From Phaeosaccion multiseriatum (taxonomy: Eukaryota > Protista > Ochrophyta, other classes): 64,000 nt of DNA. Numbering within the stretch: position 1 is the first letter of the stretch; every line of letters starts with the position of its first letter. The translations under genes and the position numbers were made by a program. Shown piece by piece: positions 1 through 12,607 of this stretch. The stretch spans positions 3,534,001 to 3,598,000 of the forward strand of contig OZ218952.1 of NCBI GenBank assembly GCA_965112735.1, in the 5' to 3' direction. The notes beneath the pieces are model-generated. The model did not search any database, was not told the origin of the DNA, and saw nothing but the letters and a program-made list of their open reading frames with translations.

Positions 1-473
1 GGATAGGGCAGAGAGAGGGGGGGTGGGGTTAGAGGAGGAGGTTTCATTCACGGAGACAGCGGGGCGGTAGATCGGAGGGGGTGGAGTGGGGGGGGGGGGG
101 GGGGGAGAACTGAATCCTACAGTAGGAGGAGAGGCAGCAGCGAAAGGGCGAGTACTTCCTTGACGGGGGCGGCGGAGCTGAGACACAGACACCAATCAAC
201 CCTTGTCAACACCCCTCCCCTCCAATAACACTACACTCGTTGTAAAGCATCAACGCCCCCGTCATCTCTGTGAAGAGCAGCATCCGTTCGCTCCAACAGC
301 ACTTCCCAAACGCCTACGTCTAGAGGCAAGAGTCTCGGGGGCCGTATGGAAAAGAAAAGCAAGCAAAGCACCCGGACTCACACGACTCAACCTCGCTGAG
401 CACACAGGGGGCACTCCTCATCAAAAACATCCTCATCTGTCTCCGTCTTGCTCTCTCTGTATATCGCTCCTTA

Positions 474-681
474 CCTCCAGGGTGAGGCCCATCCCACTGG
501 CCTGGGGGAAAGAGACGGTGTATCCCACAGATCCATCCATGGCGCCTCCCCCCCCCCCCACCCCCAACCCAGACGGGTGGTCGCCTACTTCACCTGCGCG
601 TGCAGGTTCGGAGCGTCGAGAGGTGGCGGCAGAGGGTGGGCGCAATGACGAAGGCGTGGGGATGAGGTGGTCAGCTTCCAC
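474..681 (-). CDS. Probable internal exon of a minus-strand gene running off the left edge (possibly the start of a PDZ-like domain)
   Basis: Reading frame ...SVGYTVSFPQASGMGLTLE ends at a canonical GTAAG donor (~473). The GMGLTL segment resembles a PDZ carboxylate-binding loop. The rest of the gene could not be assembled. Confidence 0.3.
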
Positions 682-1796
682 AAGGAGAGAGGAGGGGAGG
701 GTGCAGCTGAATGGTGAAATGGGGAAGGGGCCGGAGCGGAGATGAGCCGATGATGATGATGAGACTCATGTGCAATCCATCCGGCCATCTTTTCTCTCTC
801 TTGCTCCACAGAGAACCCCCCCCCCACACACACACCGTGGTGGTTGTGTCCATTGCATCCTGTGAGGCCCCTAGCCCACCCTTCTCCTCCTCCTCTCCGC
901 GTCCCTGCTGCTTTCGTTTTCCTTTCCGCCAGTCCCCTCTCGTCCCCTCCCTACCTTGGAAGGATCCTTTACCGCCAAAACTACCCCAGGTTGCTCACCC
1001 TGAGCAAGACAGACACGGCTTCAAAGCTTTCCGAGCTCCGTGCAGTGCAGGGAGCCGCGGGCAACGCGTGGGCACCTCGTATGCCTCCCTGGGTCCAACA
1101 GGGGTGGCCCAGCCCAGAGAGAAAAAGGGGGTAGATGGCAGAGAGAGCAAAACGGGGGGGAGGTCGTGTTTGCGAACGACGATTTGGCTCTAGCCTCCCT
1201 TTTTCTCTTCCACCTCCGCTCCTCTACCGGCTCCTATCGAGCCTCAATGATGGCCACCACCCCCTCCGCCCCCCTTTTTGGTCAAACGCCCCCGCCTCTG
1301 CAATCACAGCCACGCCCCCTCGGGAAAAAGAAATTCCACATCCATAACAACAACAACCCCCCTTTTCCCCTCGTCCCCCAGGCTGTCGAATTCTCGGTAG
1401 TGCAAGATAGCGCGCGCCAGCTGACGCCGATGGGAGCTAGCAGCTAGCTCACGCCGGCGGCGGCAGCTGATGGTTGGCCGGCCGGCCGGCCGATCGGCCG
1501 GTAGCAGGTCAAGGCCGGCTGACACGGGCGGTAGTGCGGTAGTAGCAGGTAGCTCGTCAGGGGTCGAGGTAGCGACAACACCGGCACCGGACAAGAGAGG
1601 CGAGGAGCTGGCGGGAGGGGGGGGGGGGGGTGAGGACAGAGGAAAGCATTTTGGTTTTTGATGCATGCATCGGCTGGTCCTCGTGTCATCGAGTTGTTAT
1701 GGAGGAAACGAAGGAGCCCCTCTGGTGGGCCCTGTGGGAGACAGGAGGGGCGGAAGGACATGGAATTAACATGCTAATTAACAGTGAATTATTATA

Positions 1797-2089
1797 TCAA
1801 GGAATGAGAGCTCCTCCGCTTGCTTGCTTGCTAAAGTCGAGGAGCGAATCCACCACCTTGGGTGGCCATCGCAACTGATTCTCTAGGTAGGACCTGCAGA
1901 CAGTGGATGACGGTGGATGGGGAGAGGGCGGGAAAAGCATCGGGGAGGGGCAGGGTGAGGTACACGTGATGCCAAGCGAACAACATAGTCGCGGCTTCAG
2001 GAGGGGCCAACACAAACGAAACTCACTGCCTGCCTGACTGACTGACTGACTGCCTGCCTGCCTTACAGAACTGACTGACTGCCTCAATG

Positions 2090-2120
<31 letters not shown>

Positions 2121-4213
2121 ACCAGACGATCTAACCAACTAACCAACCAACTAGCCAACCTGTCTAGGTACTGCTTCCTGTTGGCCACGGAGACAGTCTT
2201 CCAGGACTCCTGCGCCTCCTTGGCGCTGCCCCTGCCCCAGTTCACCGCGGTAAGGGCGGCGTTCACCTCGTCCGTTTCGTAGAATTTGGTGTGCACTCGC
2301 TTCAGGTACTCCAGAGAGTCGAAAGGCTTGCCGTCCTGTTGGGTGGGATGGGGGCGGTGAAGGTAAGTCGGTGAGTACGCTGAGCGAGGGAGGGAGGGAG
2401 GGAGGGAGGGAGGGAGGGAGGGAGGGAGGGAGGGAGGGAGGGAGGGAGGGAGGTGGGAGCCCGTAAACCTACCTACCTATCCACCTACCAGTAAGTGGTA
2501 CTCACTCACTCACGCACTCCCTCACTCACATACTCACTCATGTACTCACGCATTCACCCACTCCCTTCCTCTATCCCCCCCTCCCCTCCCTCCCCACCTC
2601 CCTCTCTTTTCCGCACCTGATACAGGGCGAGCGAGAAGCGCAGCCACCACGGCTGCACATTGCCTGGGTCTCTGACGACGGCTTTGTTGTAGTTGATGCA
2701 CGCCAACTCGTAGTCTCCTGCCCGCTCGTTGACCAGGCCCAGCTGGGTGAACAGCATGGGGTTCCCTCTCTTGTTGAGTTTGGCTGCCATTTCAAAGTCG
2801 GTAGTGGCTTCCGCCGTGCGGTCCAGAGCGAGGTATGTGGAGCCTCTGATGTGTGTGTGTGTGTGTGCATTGTGTAATTTGCATGTGGGAGGGCGGAATC
2901 TATGAGTCAGTGCAGGCCTCCTCCTCTTCCCTCCTCCTTTCTCCTCCTCTACCTCCTCCTCCTCCTCCTCCTCCTCCTCCTCCTCCTCCTCCTCCTCCTC
3001 TTCCTCCTCTTCCTCCTCCTCCTCCTCCTCCTCCTCCTCACAAGCAGAGGGTCCCAAGGGTACCCTCCCCCCCCTCCTCTTTCGACAAGCAGCTTCGGCC
3101 ATGCAAGCAAAACGTTCAGTCAGTGAGGAAGAACGACATGTACCAGTAGCGCCCCACCACACCGTATGCCCCTACCCACACGTCCATCGCTGCCCACTCA
3201 CGCACCGGTTGAGATGCATGAGCCACTGGTCAGGTACGCGAAGACCCTCTGTTTGGGCGAGCGAGAGGGCCTTCGTGTAGTCTCTGATGGCACCCTCGAG
3301 GTCTCCCGTGGCGATGAGGATGTTGCCTCGGTTGCTATAGGCGTACACATAGCCGGGTGAGCTCCTCACGACCTGATACCACATCACATATACGGGAGGC
3401 ACAATGGACAATGGGCAATTGACAATTCGTGGTGAATGCGAAATGGCATTGGTTCGATTGGAGAAACTCGTCCTTCGTCTGATTTTCGCCCTCCCTCCTC
3501 ACCACTCTGCTCTAGCCTTCGTACCCACGTAACCCACGCAACCCACGTACCGTGTTGTAGAGCTTCAGGGCCTCCTCGAAGTTCCCCACACTCCCCTGCA
3601 GCGTGGCCTTCTTGAAGGTTGCGTTTATTTGTCCTTCCAGCTTGTCCACCGCCACCACCTCCTGCCCTTCAACTTTGTCCAGTGAAGCAGAGGAAGCCGC
3701 GGCAGCCGCAGCCGCAGCCGCAGCGGTGGCAGAAGACGTTTTCTCTGCCCAAATTGCGGCGGAGTCTTTCGAGGCAATGAGTACTGTGCTCGGCGCCTCA
3801 GCCATGAGTGAGGGAAGGCTGGGTCCACTGGCGACCGCAGCCCATGTTAGCGCAGGCACGGCCACGGCGGTGGCAACAAACCCGAGCAGGCTTGCCGCAG
3901 CAGAGGAATGGCGAGTCGCTGCAGGCCGCTGCTGTTGCTCGTCGTGTTGGAGGTCCTGGGCCTTCCCTTCGATATCAGCGCCTGAAGTACCTCGGCGCGT
4001 GTAGTTCCTTATCCGTCGTCGTTGTCGGCCCGTCGCCAGGCAGGAAGAAGACACCGACTCCTCACAAGCAGCCACCGCAGAGTACCGTGACGACCTCAGG
4101 ACGACGCCAGAAGCTGGCGCCAGCAGAAACGCATCAATCCCTGTATGTGTGTGAGCGAGAAGCACGGAGAAGGAGAGCGCAGCATGTGCTCTTGGGCACG
4201 CTCGCTTCCTCAT
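1797..4213 (-). CDS. Multi-exon tetratricopeptide-repeat (TPR) protein, probably plastid-targeted
   Basis: Exons ~4213-3551, 3373-3204, 2845-2618, 2336-2160 and 1893-1797, joined by GT-AG introns. TPR motifs include YAYSNRGNILIATGDLEGAIRDYTKAL and LFTQLGLVNERAGDYELACINYNKAV. C-terminus is QLRWPPKVVDSLLDF. The N-terminal hydrophobic stretch is followed by IDA-FLLAP. Confidence 0.8.
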
Positions 4214-4277
4214 GCTCGAGGCCGCTCTTCAGCTTCTTTTATAGCCCTTCCCTTTACTATCCTGTCCTGGTCAATGG

Positions 4278-4315
<38 letters not shown>

Positions 4316-4430
4316 GGATTTGGATTTGGCGGGGGGCCATCTAAGTCAATAATAGGGTTCCCCGGGGGGCGTGCTGAAGACATTCACCAGCTTATCTATC
4401 ATCTTCCCTGCTGTGTTGCAACATCTCGCC

Positions 4431-6011
4431 ATGGCGGAGGAGGTGCGAGCGCTGAAGCGAAAGAGGGAAAAGCTGGAGGCGCAATTGAGGGAGGCGCAGG
4501 GGCATGACAGACCGAGAACAGCGTCTGTTGGCGGGAGAGACTATGGAGGCGGGGGGAGGAGAAAGAGAGAGGACATGGATATCTACGGAGGAGGTGGGAG
4601 AGGAGGAGGCGGGGGGGGAGGGGGAGGAAGAGGAAGAGGAAGAGGGAGAGGAAGGGAGCGGCCGGCAGAGGGGAGGCAAGTAATATACAGGGGTGGCCGG
4701 CCGGGGGAGAGGCAAGCGCTGCATGGCGGCAGCGGTAAGTGGGAGAGGGGCGCCGACCCCGGCGAAAACGGTGAGACGTGGGGGAGGGGGGAGAGAGGTA
4801 TTGGTGATGCCGGCCTCCGAGAGACGGGACGCAGAAGAGACTCGAGAGGAGAGCAAGGCCGATTTGGGCATGGGCACCACGCCAATGACCGTGCTGCCCC
4901 GAGAGAGAGGCCTGCGAAGCGGAGGATGATGAGTACTGTGACTGTGATTCCACACGAGGAAGGGGGGGAGACTGGGAACGATGAGACAGTCGAGGAGGGG
5001 CAAGTGGCCGAGGGGGGCGAGAACGGGCCTGCGAGGGAGCAGGAGGAGGAGGGGGGGGGGGGCGAAAACGGAAAGGAAGCTTCATCAGACGGAAAAGAAA
5101 TTTCATTAGCAAGCGCTGCAGGGGAGACTCTGGCGAATGAGGCAGCAGAAGGGGGTGGTGCCGAAGAGGAGAGACACGTGAATGGGAATGGAAAGGATGA
5201 GCATGCAGAGGAGGACGACGAGGGCGAGGACAGTGACGAAGGCCGCAAGAGCAGGCGTAGAGTGAGACAGGGCAAGGAAGACCGGGAGGTCGGGGAGGGA
5301 AAAGAAGCGGGAACAGCGCGAGGAGAAGCGGCACCGAGTGAAGGGCATCAAGAAGGAGGAGGAAAGACTGGGAAAGAAGCTGAACATGCAGCCGAGCGCG
5401 CGTCGGAAGAGGAGCAGCAGCAGCCGCAGCAACAGGTAGAGACAGAGCCAAAGCCACAGGCCCCGCCGGTGGTGGACGCTGCTAGCAAGAAGCGAAACAG
5501 GAGGATGTTTGGGGCCCTCATGGGTCACCTGGGGCAGGCAAAGGAGAGGCTAGACAAGGACAAGAAGCTCATAGACAAGCGGTCAGTCCTGGAGCACACC
5601 GTGGCGAACAAGCGCAAGGAGGAGTTGCACGCTAATCTGAAGGCGGAGTCGTTCCACAAGGAGGAGGAGAGGGAGGAGGAGCTCCTAAAGCAGGCGCGGC
5701 TCAAGGGCGAGCTCAAGAAGACGGACATTGCCATCCAAGCGGCCACTTGGATCTCCAGCAGAGAGCCTCTCAAAGGCTTCATTATCACCAAGCATCAGCC
5801 CGCGCTGGGGTGGCTCCCCAACGAGCACAACAAGGCGTCCAGGGCTTTATTGGAAGAGTCGGCGCAAGCCATTACCGATTCTATTGCTGCCCGGGAGCGG
5901 GACAGGGACGAGCGGTGTCGCCAGATCAACGAGGATCTGGCGGAGGCTGCGCTGGCCAGGAAGGAGGAGAGGGAGGAGAGGGCGACCAAGTTTCCGCGGA
6001 GGCATAGGTAG
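4431..6011 (+). CDS. Pinin/SDK/memA family protein (EJC/splicing-associated), single exon
   Basis: Contains KKRNRRMFGALMGHL and FIITKHQPALGWLP, matching the Pinin_SDK_memA core. The N-terminus is RG-rich and acidic. Confidence 0.8.
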   Translation: MAEEVRALKRKREKLEAQLREAQGHDRPRTASVGGRDYGGGGRRKREDMDIYGGGGRGGGGGGGGGRGRGRGRGRERPAEGRQVIYRGGRPGERQALHGGSGKWERGADPGENGETWGRGERGIGDAGLRETGRRRDSRGEQGRFGHGHHANDRAAPRERPAKRRMMSTVTVIPHEEGGETGNDETVEEGQVAEGGENGPAREQEEEGGGGENGKEASSDGKEISLASAAGETLANEAAEGGGAEEERHVNGNGKDEHAEEDDEGEDSDEGRKSRRRVRQGKEDREVGEGKEAGTARGEAAPSEGHQEGGGKTGKEAEHAAERASEEEQQQPQQQVETEPKPQAPPVVDAASKKRNRRMFGALMGHLGQAKERLDKDKKLIDKRSVLEHTVANKRKEELHANLKAESFHKEEEREEELLKQARLKGELKKTDIAIQAATWISSREPLKGFIITKHQPALGWLPNEHNKASRALLEESAQAITDSIAARERDRDERCRQINEDLAEAALARKEEREERATKFPRRHR

Positions 6012-6614
6012 GGGAGTGGGTGGTGTTGGTGACACAGCAGCAGTAGCGTGCAGAGGAGGACCAATGCTGCGGCAGTGCGTCGCCGTATCCTTCGAAGAGC
6101 ATGCGCTCAGAGGGACTTCAAGATTGGCCGACTCTCTCTCTCTAAGGAACAGCTTCAGAGCTTCACTCTCTCTTGGGCCGTGAAGGGAGGAGAAACAACT
6201 GGCACGTGCAAGGGGGAGGCGCGCGCGGGGGGGGGGGGGGTGAAGGTTCCCCAGTCTCACCATTTGTTCATGTCAGCGTGCTTCTGCAATCAATACACCA
6301 CCTCAACGTCCGGTGATCACCCACAGACAATTACTTCTCTCCTCTCTTGTCTCTCAAAAGCTGCCCATCCAAGGGACTAGCCCATCCCCTCCTCCCCTCT
6401 CTCCATTGCTGCACAGCAAATAAAGCACATTTTAGCTGTCCCATTCTTCTCCATGATCAGCACAAGTAGGCGACCTTTCATTTAATCTAAAATACGCCTT
6501 CAGCTGGTTACTCTTACCTAACCGCCTCACCCACACCCTATACGTCACATCCCTCTTGCTCACGCGTCCGTCCTCCCCGTCCTTGCAAGCTACTCCACCC
6601 CCGCGTGACGGGCA

Positions 6615-7700
6615 TCAAGTCTCCATGGTGATGGCATCAAGCCTCCAGGAGTCGTCTGGCTTTCCCTTGGAGAGCTGAAGGTCAACAATCTCCTGCTGGG
6701 GGTCCGGTCCACCGGCCCTCACGCGGAACCTCTGCAGTGCTCTGGTGCCATCTTCCGACACTTGGGCCTCCCCCAACCTCTCCACACGAGAGTTCTCTAC
6801 CAGGATGGCAAACTCCGAGCCACGCAAGTAGTTGCCGTACTGAGTCGGACTGTGGTGCGCAGCAAGAGAGCAACATGAGCGCGTGAGTGGAGTCAACAGG
6901 AAAGGATATGTAAGAGATATTTTGGAAGGTCTACAAGCAGCATGGCGAAAGGATGGGGGGGCGTGACAGGTCGCGCAAAGCACTCTCCTTCTGTCCATCA
7001 TTGCCTGCCTCTTCCCTCCTCACTTCCTCTCTCTCAATCTCTCCCTACCTCAGCTTCAAAATATCATTGTCAGAGGATGCGAACTTGATGCAGACAGCAG
7101 CGCCGTAGTCCAGAATGGGGTCATCGTTGATCTGTAGGGCGCGAACGATGATATTGGCGGCCTCTCCGGGCGGTAATTCTGGCCGAGGAAAGTCCTTCTT
7201 CCTCTTCAATACCATGTCTCTCCTGCGCAAGTCAGTCAATGCGGCGACCATCACCGAGCGAACACATTAGAGCGAGTGGTGAGCGGTAAACACATATGCT
7301 GAGACTATCTGCAGCACCCTCCACATAACCCACATCCACATTATCTCTCCCCTCTCCCCCCTAAGAAGCAATCTCTGTCTCTCTGTTAGGAAAGCCCCCC
7401 CTCCCCAATCTCGACTCACCTTCCGCCTTCCTTCCACTCTTCCGCCGCTTGCTTATCCATTTCGCTCATTTGTGCCTGCATGTCCTTGTCGCTCATTTGT
7501 GCCAACGCCGTGACTCTGCTGCCGGAAGGAATGCTGAACGTGTTAATATTGCTACTTCTGCTTGGGTCATGTGGGGACCGCCTCACCATCCCTCGCGCTG
7601 CTGCTACTGTGGAGGGGATGACGGAAAATGCATGCGACTTCTCCAGCAAGAGGCTGAAGCAGATGCACCAACAACATACTGTAAGGTAGCCCTGCATCAT
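6615..7700 (-). CDS. Plastid-targeted conserved protein, DUF4864-like (3 exons)
   Basis: Signal peptide followed by SHA-FSV. The middle exon encodes PRPELPPGEAANIIVRALQINDDPILDYG, and the last exon ends ...SWRLDAITMET*. Introns are GT-AG. Confidence 0.6.
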
Positions 7701-7824
7701 GTCCCGAGCTTAGAGCAATTGAGTGAAGACCTGGCTGAGGTGGGAAAAGAAAAAAAACTAAATTTGAGATGTTAAGCCCCCCCAAAAGCCAAGCCGGTGA
7801 TTACTGATCATGGCCGCACACCGG

Positions 7825-8865
7825 CTATAACCCCTTGCCCTTGCCACCTCCCTGCTCTCCCTGCTCTCCCTGCTCTCCCTGCTTCCCTTGCTCCTGCTCC
7901 GGTAGCACAATTCCCACCACGGAGTCCGCGAGCCGCACGCTCATGTCGAGCTTCCTGCCGGCCAGTGCTGCGATGCCCGATGCCAGCCACTGAGCGCAGT
8001 TGCTCTCCACTCCGAGATACCGAGGGCTCTCGGCGATGTGCTCAATGATGATGCCGCCCTCGTTGATCTGCAATGGGGGGGGGGGGGGGATGGCAATGGA
8101 CAGGGGGGAGGGGTTGGCGGTGCGTGATTACGCACCACAAAGAGCAAAGAGCAAACGAAAACGTAGGCATTGCGAAGAAACCCATTCACATCCGAAGAAT
8201 GGAAGGCGTGCTTCACACAAGCGTAGCCGGCTCCTCTGACCCCCCCCCCCCCTTCCTCCGCGCACCACTTGAGCGGCGCATCACGCATGACTGTATCGGC
8301 CCATATGACTGGCCGACCCACAAGAAGTGGACATGAAGCATCCAACTCCATACAGCGTCAGAATTCCCTCACAAAACACTACTCCCACCTGCAAGCACGC
8401 CACGGCGTCAAGTATACCTCCCTTGAAGGCGCCCACCGGGGCCCCAAAGGCCCACCCGGAGCTCATTTGGGTGAAATCGGAGCTTCTGGCAGGCTTCCAC
8501 TGCGCCATTCCTGAGCAGGAGGGAAGGAATGCGTTTGTTGGGTAGGGAGATAGAGGCGCCTACCTGCTTGACAGCCTACCACCACCGGCCTTGTATACTT
8601 GCTCTCTAAGCAAGGCCAGTAAGAACGGGGAGCCAGTGTTGGGGCGTGCCTACCACTCCTTCGCCTCCCTCCGCGCTCTACCTGTGCCTCTTTGCCTGTG
8701 CCTTCCTCACCTCTTAAAGCCTCCAAAGCGTTTTCAGCCTCCTCCCCGATTACAGCATTATCCTTCAGCTCCCTGCCGGCGAAGGCCGCCATCGGAGACC
8801 AGTCCTGGATGAGCACGACAAGAGAGGAGCGAGAGAGCAATTGGCAAGCGTAGAGGTAGACGACC

Positions 8866-8911
<46 letters not shown>

Positions 8912-9648
8912 AAGCAGCAGCAGCAGGAAGGGGTCTGCTATTATGCACTAGCTTCCCTACCTGGAGCGCGAAGAGGTACTCCTCACTGCTGAGTTCCCGA
9001 ATGGCCTCATCGCCCTTCTCCAACAACACTCCGATGGGAGACTTCTTGTCGGACGATCCCTTTTTCTTCGGAGTCTGTACATGATTCGCGAAAAAGGGGG
9101 TGAGCGAGAGGGGTCGAAGGGAAAGAGAGATGGTTCCACCACTCCATCACGCACGCTTACCCACTCACTCACACTCACTTCGACCTTCGTGCCAGCCCCC
9201 CTTCATAGCGACATTGGACTCGACCCACCTTGCGCCTTTTATCTGTATCTTCCTCTTTCCCTTCCTCCTTCGGTTCTGGCTTGGCACCGAACCCTTTCCA
9301 CGTGCTGCTGTCCACCCCCTCCGTGCCCGCGTTGGTAAACATGTCCTTGAAGCCATCACCTGCAGACGCCGCCTCCTCTCCTGTTTCTGATTCTCCTCCT
9401 GCCCCCATCCTCAGCGCCGAGCTCCGTCCTCCCCAGTACGAGAAGCAACCTTGCCACTCCTGCCTGCACTCTCCAGCCCGTAAGCGGGGGGCGGGTTGTG
9501 CTCGGCCCACATCTCCTCCGCCTCCTCCTCCTCTCTCTCTTATCGATGATGCGATTACTGCCGCTGCACCATGAGCCGATACAAAGGCGAGCGTCTCCCA
9601 GCACAGGGCGTTCCAGGTAAGCAGGACTACCAGCGCCACGGGCCGCAT
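7825..9648 (-). CDS. Plastid-targeted protein of unknown function (about 5-6 exons)
   Basis: Signal peptide followed by TLA-FVS. Exons ~9648-9229, 9076-8961, 8806-8711, 8509-8388 and 8068-7825 have GT-AG boundaries and read as globular protein. No family recognised. Confidence 0.55.
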
Positions 9649-9943
9649 GGCGCAAAAGGAAGGGGGAAAAGGAAGGGTGGATTATCTACGGCGGTTGGTG
9701 CTCGCCGAGCCTGTGACCCCCCCCCCCACCGCCCCCCCGGGTTTCGACCTCAATCCAAAACTTTCTCCACGTGCAAACAGCAGAGAGAGTCAAAAAGGGC
9801 ACAGAGTTTTTATCTCTTCCAGCTGGGTATATTCTCTTTGTCCCAACGACACGCATGTGAGGCCCGGCGCCCAGGGTTGAAAATCACGACTTCTTTTCCC
9901 ACGGAACAGAAAAACAGAACAGTTGGAACATGGTCAAGGGCCC

Positions 9944-11212
9944 ATGGTCAAGGGGGCAAAGGTGGTAGTGCGGGGGGGGAATCGTGTAGACCAGGCGTGG
10001 AAAGAGGGTGGGGAATCTGTGGGCACCGGTTCCTCTGCCCACAGCGAGTCTGCTTTGAAAATGGCGTCGGCCACGAGAAGAAGTAGACTGCTGGCATGCC
10101 CGGCGGGGGAAGGACACAACTCCGGTCCATCGCCTTCTGCCTCCCCTGTATCATCAGCATCCGCAGCGTCGCCTTCCTTCCTGTCCACTCGGAGGGTGGA
10201 CTTGGTGGCGGCGCTGGGTGCCTTGATTGTCTGCCTGGGGCCGCAGGTGGTGGGCTCCTCCTTCTCGCCCACGCTGTCCATCATCCTTGTGGGTGTGGTG
10301 CTGTGGCTAACGTCCCTGCGGACTTTCCCCACAAGGACGGAGCTACTCTACATGGTGGGCAAGGTGGTGTGGTGGGCGCTGCTGCAGCTCATGGCGGTCT
10401 TCTACCTCACTGTGTTTGGCATTTCCAGCGTGTTTTTCATGCTCCGCCGATGGAAGTTCGGACGACGCAGGCATGGTCGATACTGGAGGCTTATGGCAGA
10501 GGGAGAGGGGTTGGAATGGGAGGAGATTGAGCAGCAGCAGCAGGAGGAGGAGGAGCATGAGTGCGAGGGGCATGAGGACGGAGAGCCAAGAGAAGAAGCA
10601 GAGAGAGCGGATGGAGGTGCAAGTTTGCGTCAGTTACCACAAAGAGGGCGGACCCTCCATCGTTTATATCAGTCACCACCAAGAGGCCGGACGCTCCGTA
10701 GACGTCGCCCTCCTCCTTTGGATATCCGAGATGACAGCTTTGGTGGGGGGGGGGGGGGGGCACTCCTGTTATTCCTCAGACGAAGAACGAGGCGAGCAAG
10801 ACGAAGAGGGGGAGAGCGAAGATGAGGACCATATTCTCACCTTACACCAAGATGAGGACGGAGAGGGGGATGAGGAGGACGAGGAGGAGGAGGAGGAGGA
10901 GGAGGAGGAGGAGGAGGGGGGGGGCAGGGGCGAGGAAGAAGAGGATGCTGCATCAGAGCACGCCAGAGAGGATATGCTCATGATCCTGTGCCGGCGCTTG
11001 GATGTCCTCCTCGCGGCGCCGCAATCCGAGCGCTCTGAGACGAGCTGGCAGGGCTTCATCGCCGCCTACGGCATGGTCAAGCGCATGCTTGAGAATGAAG
11101 AGGGGGTGGGCGGAGCAGGAGCATCAGCCGCAGGAGGAGGAGCAGAAGGGGAGGACCAGGAGGACGATGATATGGATTTCGGGGAGGGCGCCTATGCAGA
11201 AATGGGCGGCAT

Positions 11213-11251
<39 letters not shown>

Positions 11252-11849
11252 CAGAGATGCCACTGAGCTGATGCGAAGGCGGCGGCGCGCGAGGATCAAT
11301 ACCGCGCTGCGCAGGCTTCAGAGTGCCGTGGAGACCAAGAGGGCCGAGCTGTCGTGCTCAGTGGCCAGCCGTGGTGAAGGAGACCACGACAGCTGTGACG
11401 GCAAGTCGAGTGTACAGGGAGGGAAGGACTTTGGGAGCAGCGGCAGCGGCGCCCTGCCGTCGTGCTGTATCATTTGCTGCGATGATTTGGGAGGGAAGGG
11501 AGGCAGGGAAGGAGGGAGCGAAGAGGCAGAGGCACACCAAGGAGGCTCAGAGGAGGCGTGGGAGGAAGGGGGCGATGGAGACGACGAGGAGAGGAGGGCG
11601 GAGCAAGGAGACGGAGGGAGGGGGCAGCAGGAGCAGCAGCAGCAGCAGCAGCAGGAGGAGGAGGAGGAGGAGGAGGAGGAGGAGGGTGGAAGCTGCGAGG
11701 AGCTCAGAGAGCAGGAGGGAAGCGGAGACCTGACCTTGGTGTATCCCGAGTGCAAGGAACACGTCAAGCAGTTTCACAGCTGGTGCCTCAAGAAGTGGCT
11801 GAGGCAAACACCAGCATGCCCCATGTGCAAGCGATTCATGCTGGCGTAG
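9944..11849 (+). CDS. Membrane-anchored RING-H2 E3 ligase, with an apparent +1 frameshift at G16 (10745-10760)
   Basis: The 5' frame encodes 3-4 hydrophobic TM helices. The 3' frame encodes an acidic region, then CIICC...PECKEHVKQFHSWCLKKWLRQTPACPMC. The two frames overlap and switch naturally at the G run. An alternative start is at 10061. Confidence 0.65.
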
Positions 11850-12607
11850 CGAAGGGAAGGGGAACGACAATACCGCAAACCTGTCCTTGTTAACCCTTAC
11901 TTCCTCGGTTTGCTCACGGAGGGGGGGGGGGCATTATACTTTTTGACTTTTATATTGTAGACGGGGGCTTCTTCCCGGGTTGGTCCACCCAGCGCGTGTG
12001 GCGCGGGGGAGGTACGGAGGGGAGGACACTATACTTACTTTTTTATAGACTACAGCGTTAGAGGGAATCGCAACATCGCCATTATAGAGTGAGTGGCAAG
12101 TATTTTTTATAAAAAAGATAATTCGCTGTTTTTCTGTTTTTCTTCGCTTGCCAAAACCTCGATAGTGTGCACCCGTACCTCCGCCGAGAACGCTTCCTCC
12201 TTCCGTCCTTCCTGCTCCACACAAGGTCCGCGACGACTCCTCCTCGTCTCCTCCTCCTCCTCCTCCTCCTCCTCCTCCTCCTCCTCCTCCTCCTCCTCCT
12301 CCTCCTCCTCCTCCTCCTGCTTTCTGGCGAGGAATCCCGTCTCGGAAATGAGTCCAATAAGGGGTTTTCCTCTACGTCTATCCCCACCACACCACCCTCA
12401 ATCACCCTCCTCCTGCATCAGGTTACTCAAAGGAGCGAGAGGGAGCGAGGCAGAGGCAAATGAAGTTCGATATCGACTTTTCCATTTCGATTGGTTTGCC
12501 CAAGGCAATGACCCCGGTGGCCATCTCTTGCTCTTCCCCAACAAATATCCCCAGCTTGTTATATAAGCTCTTATTGTCACCCCTACTTAGCTTGAAGAGT
12601 ACAGAGT

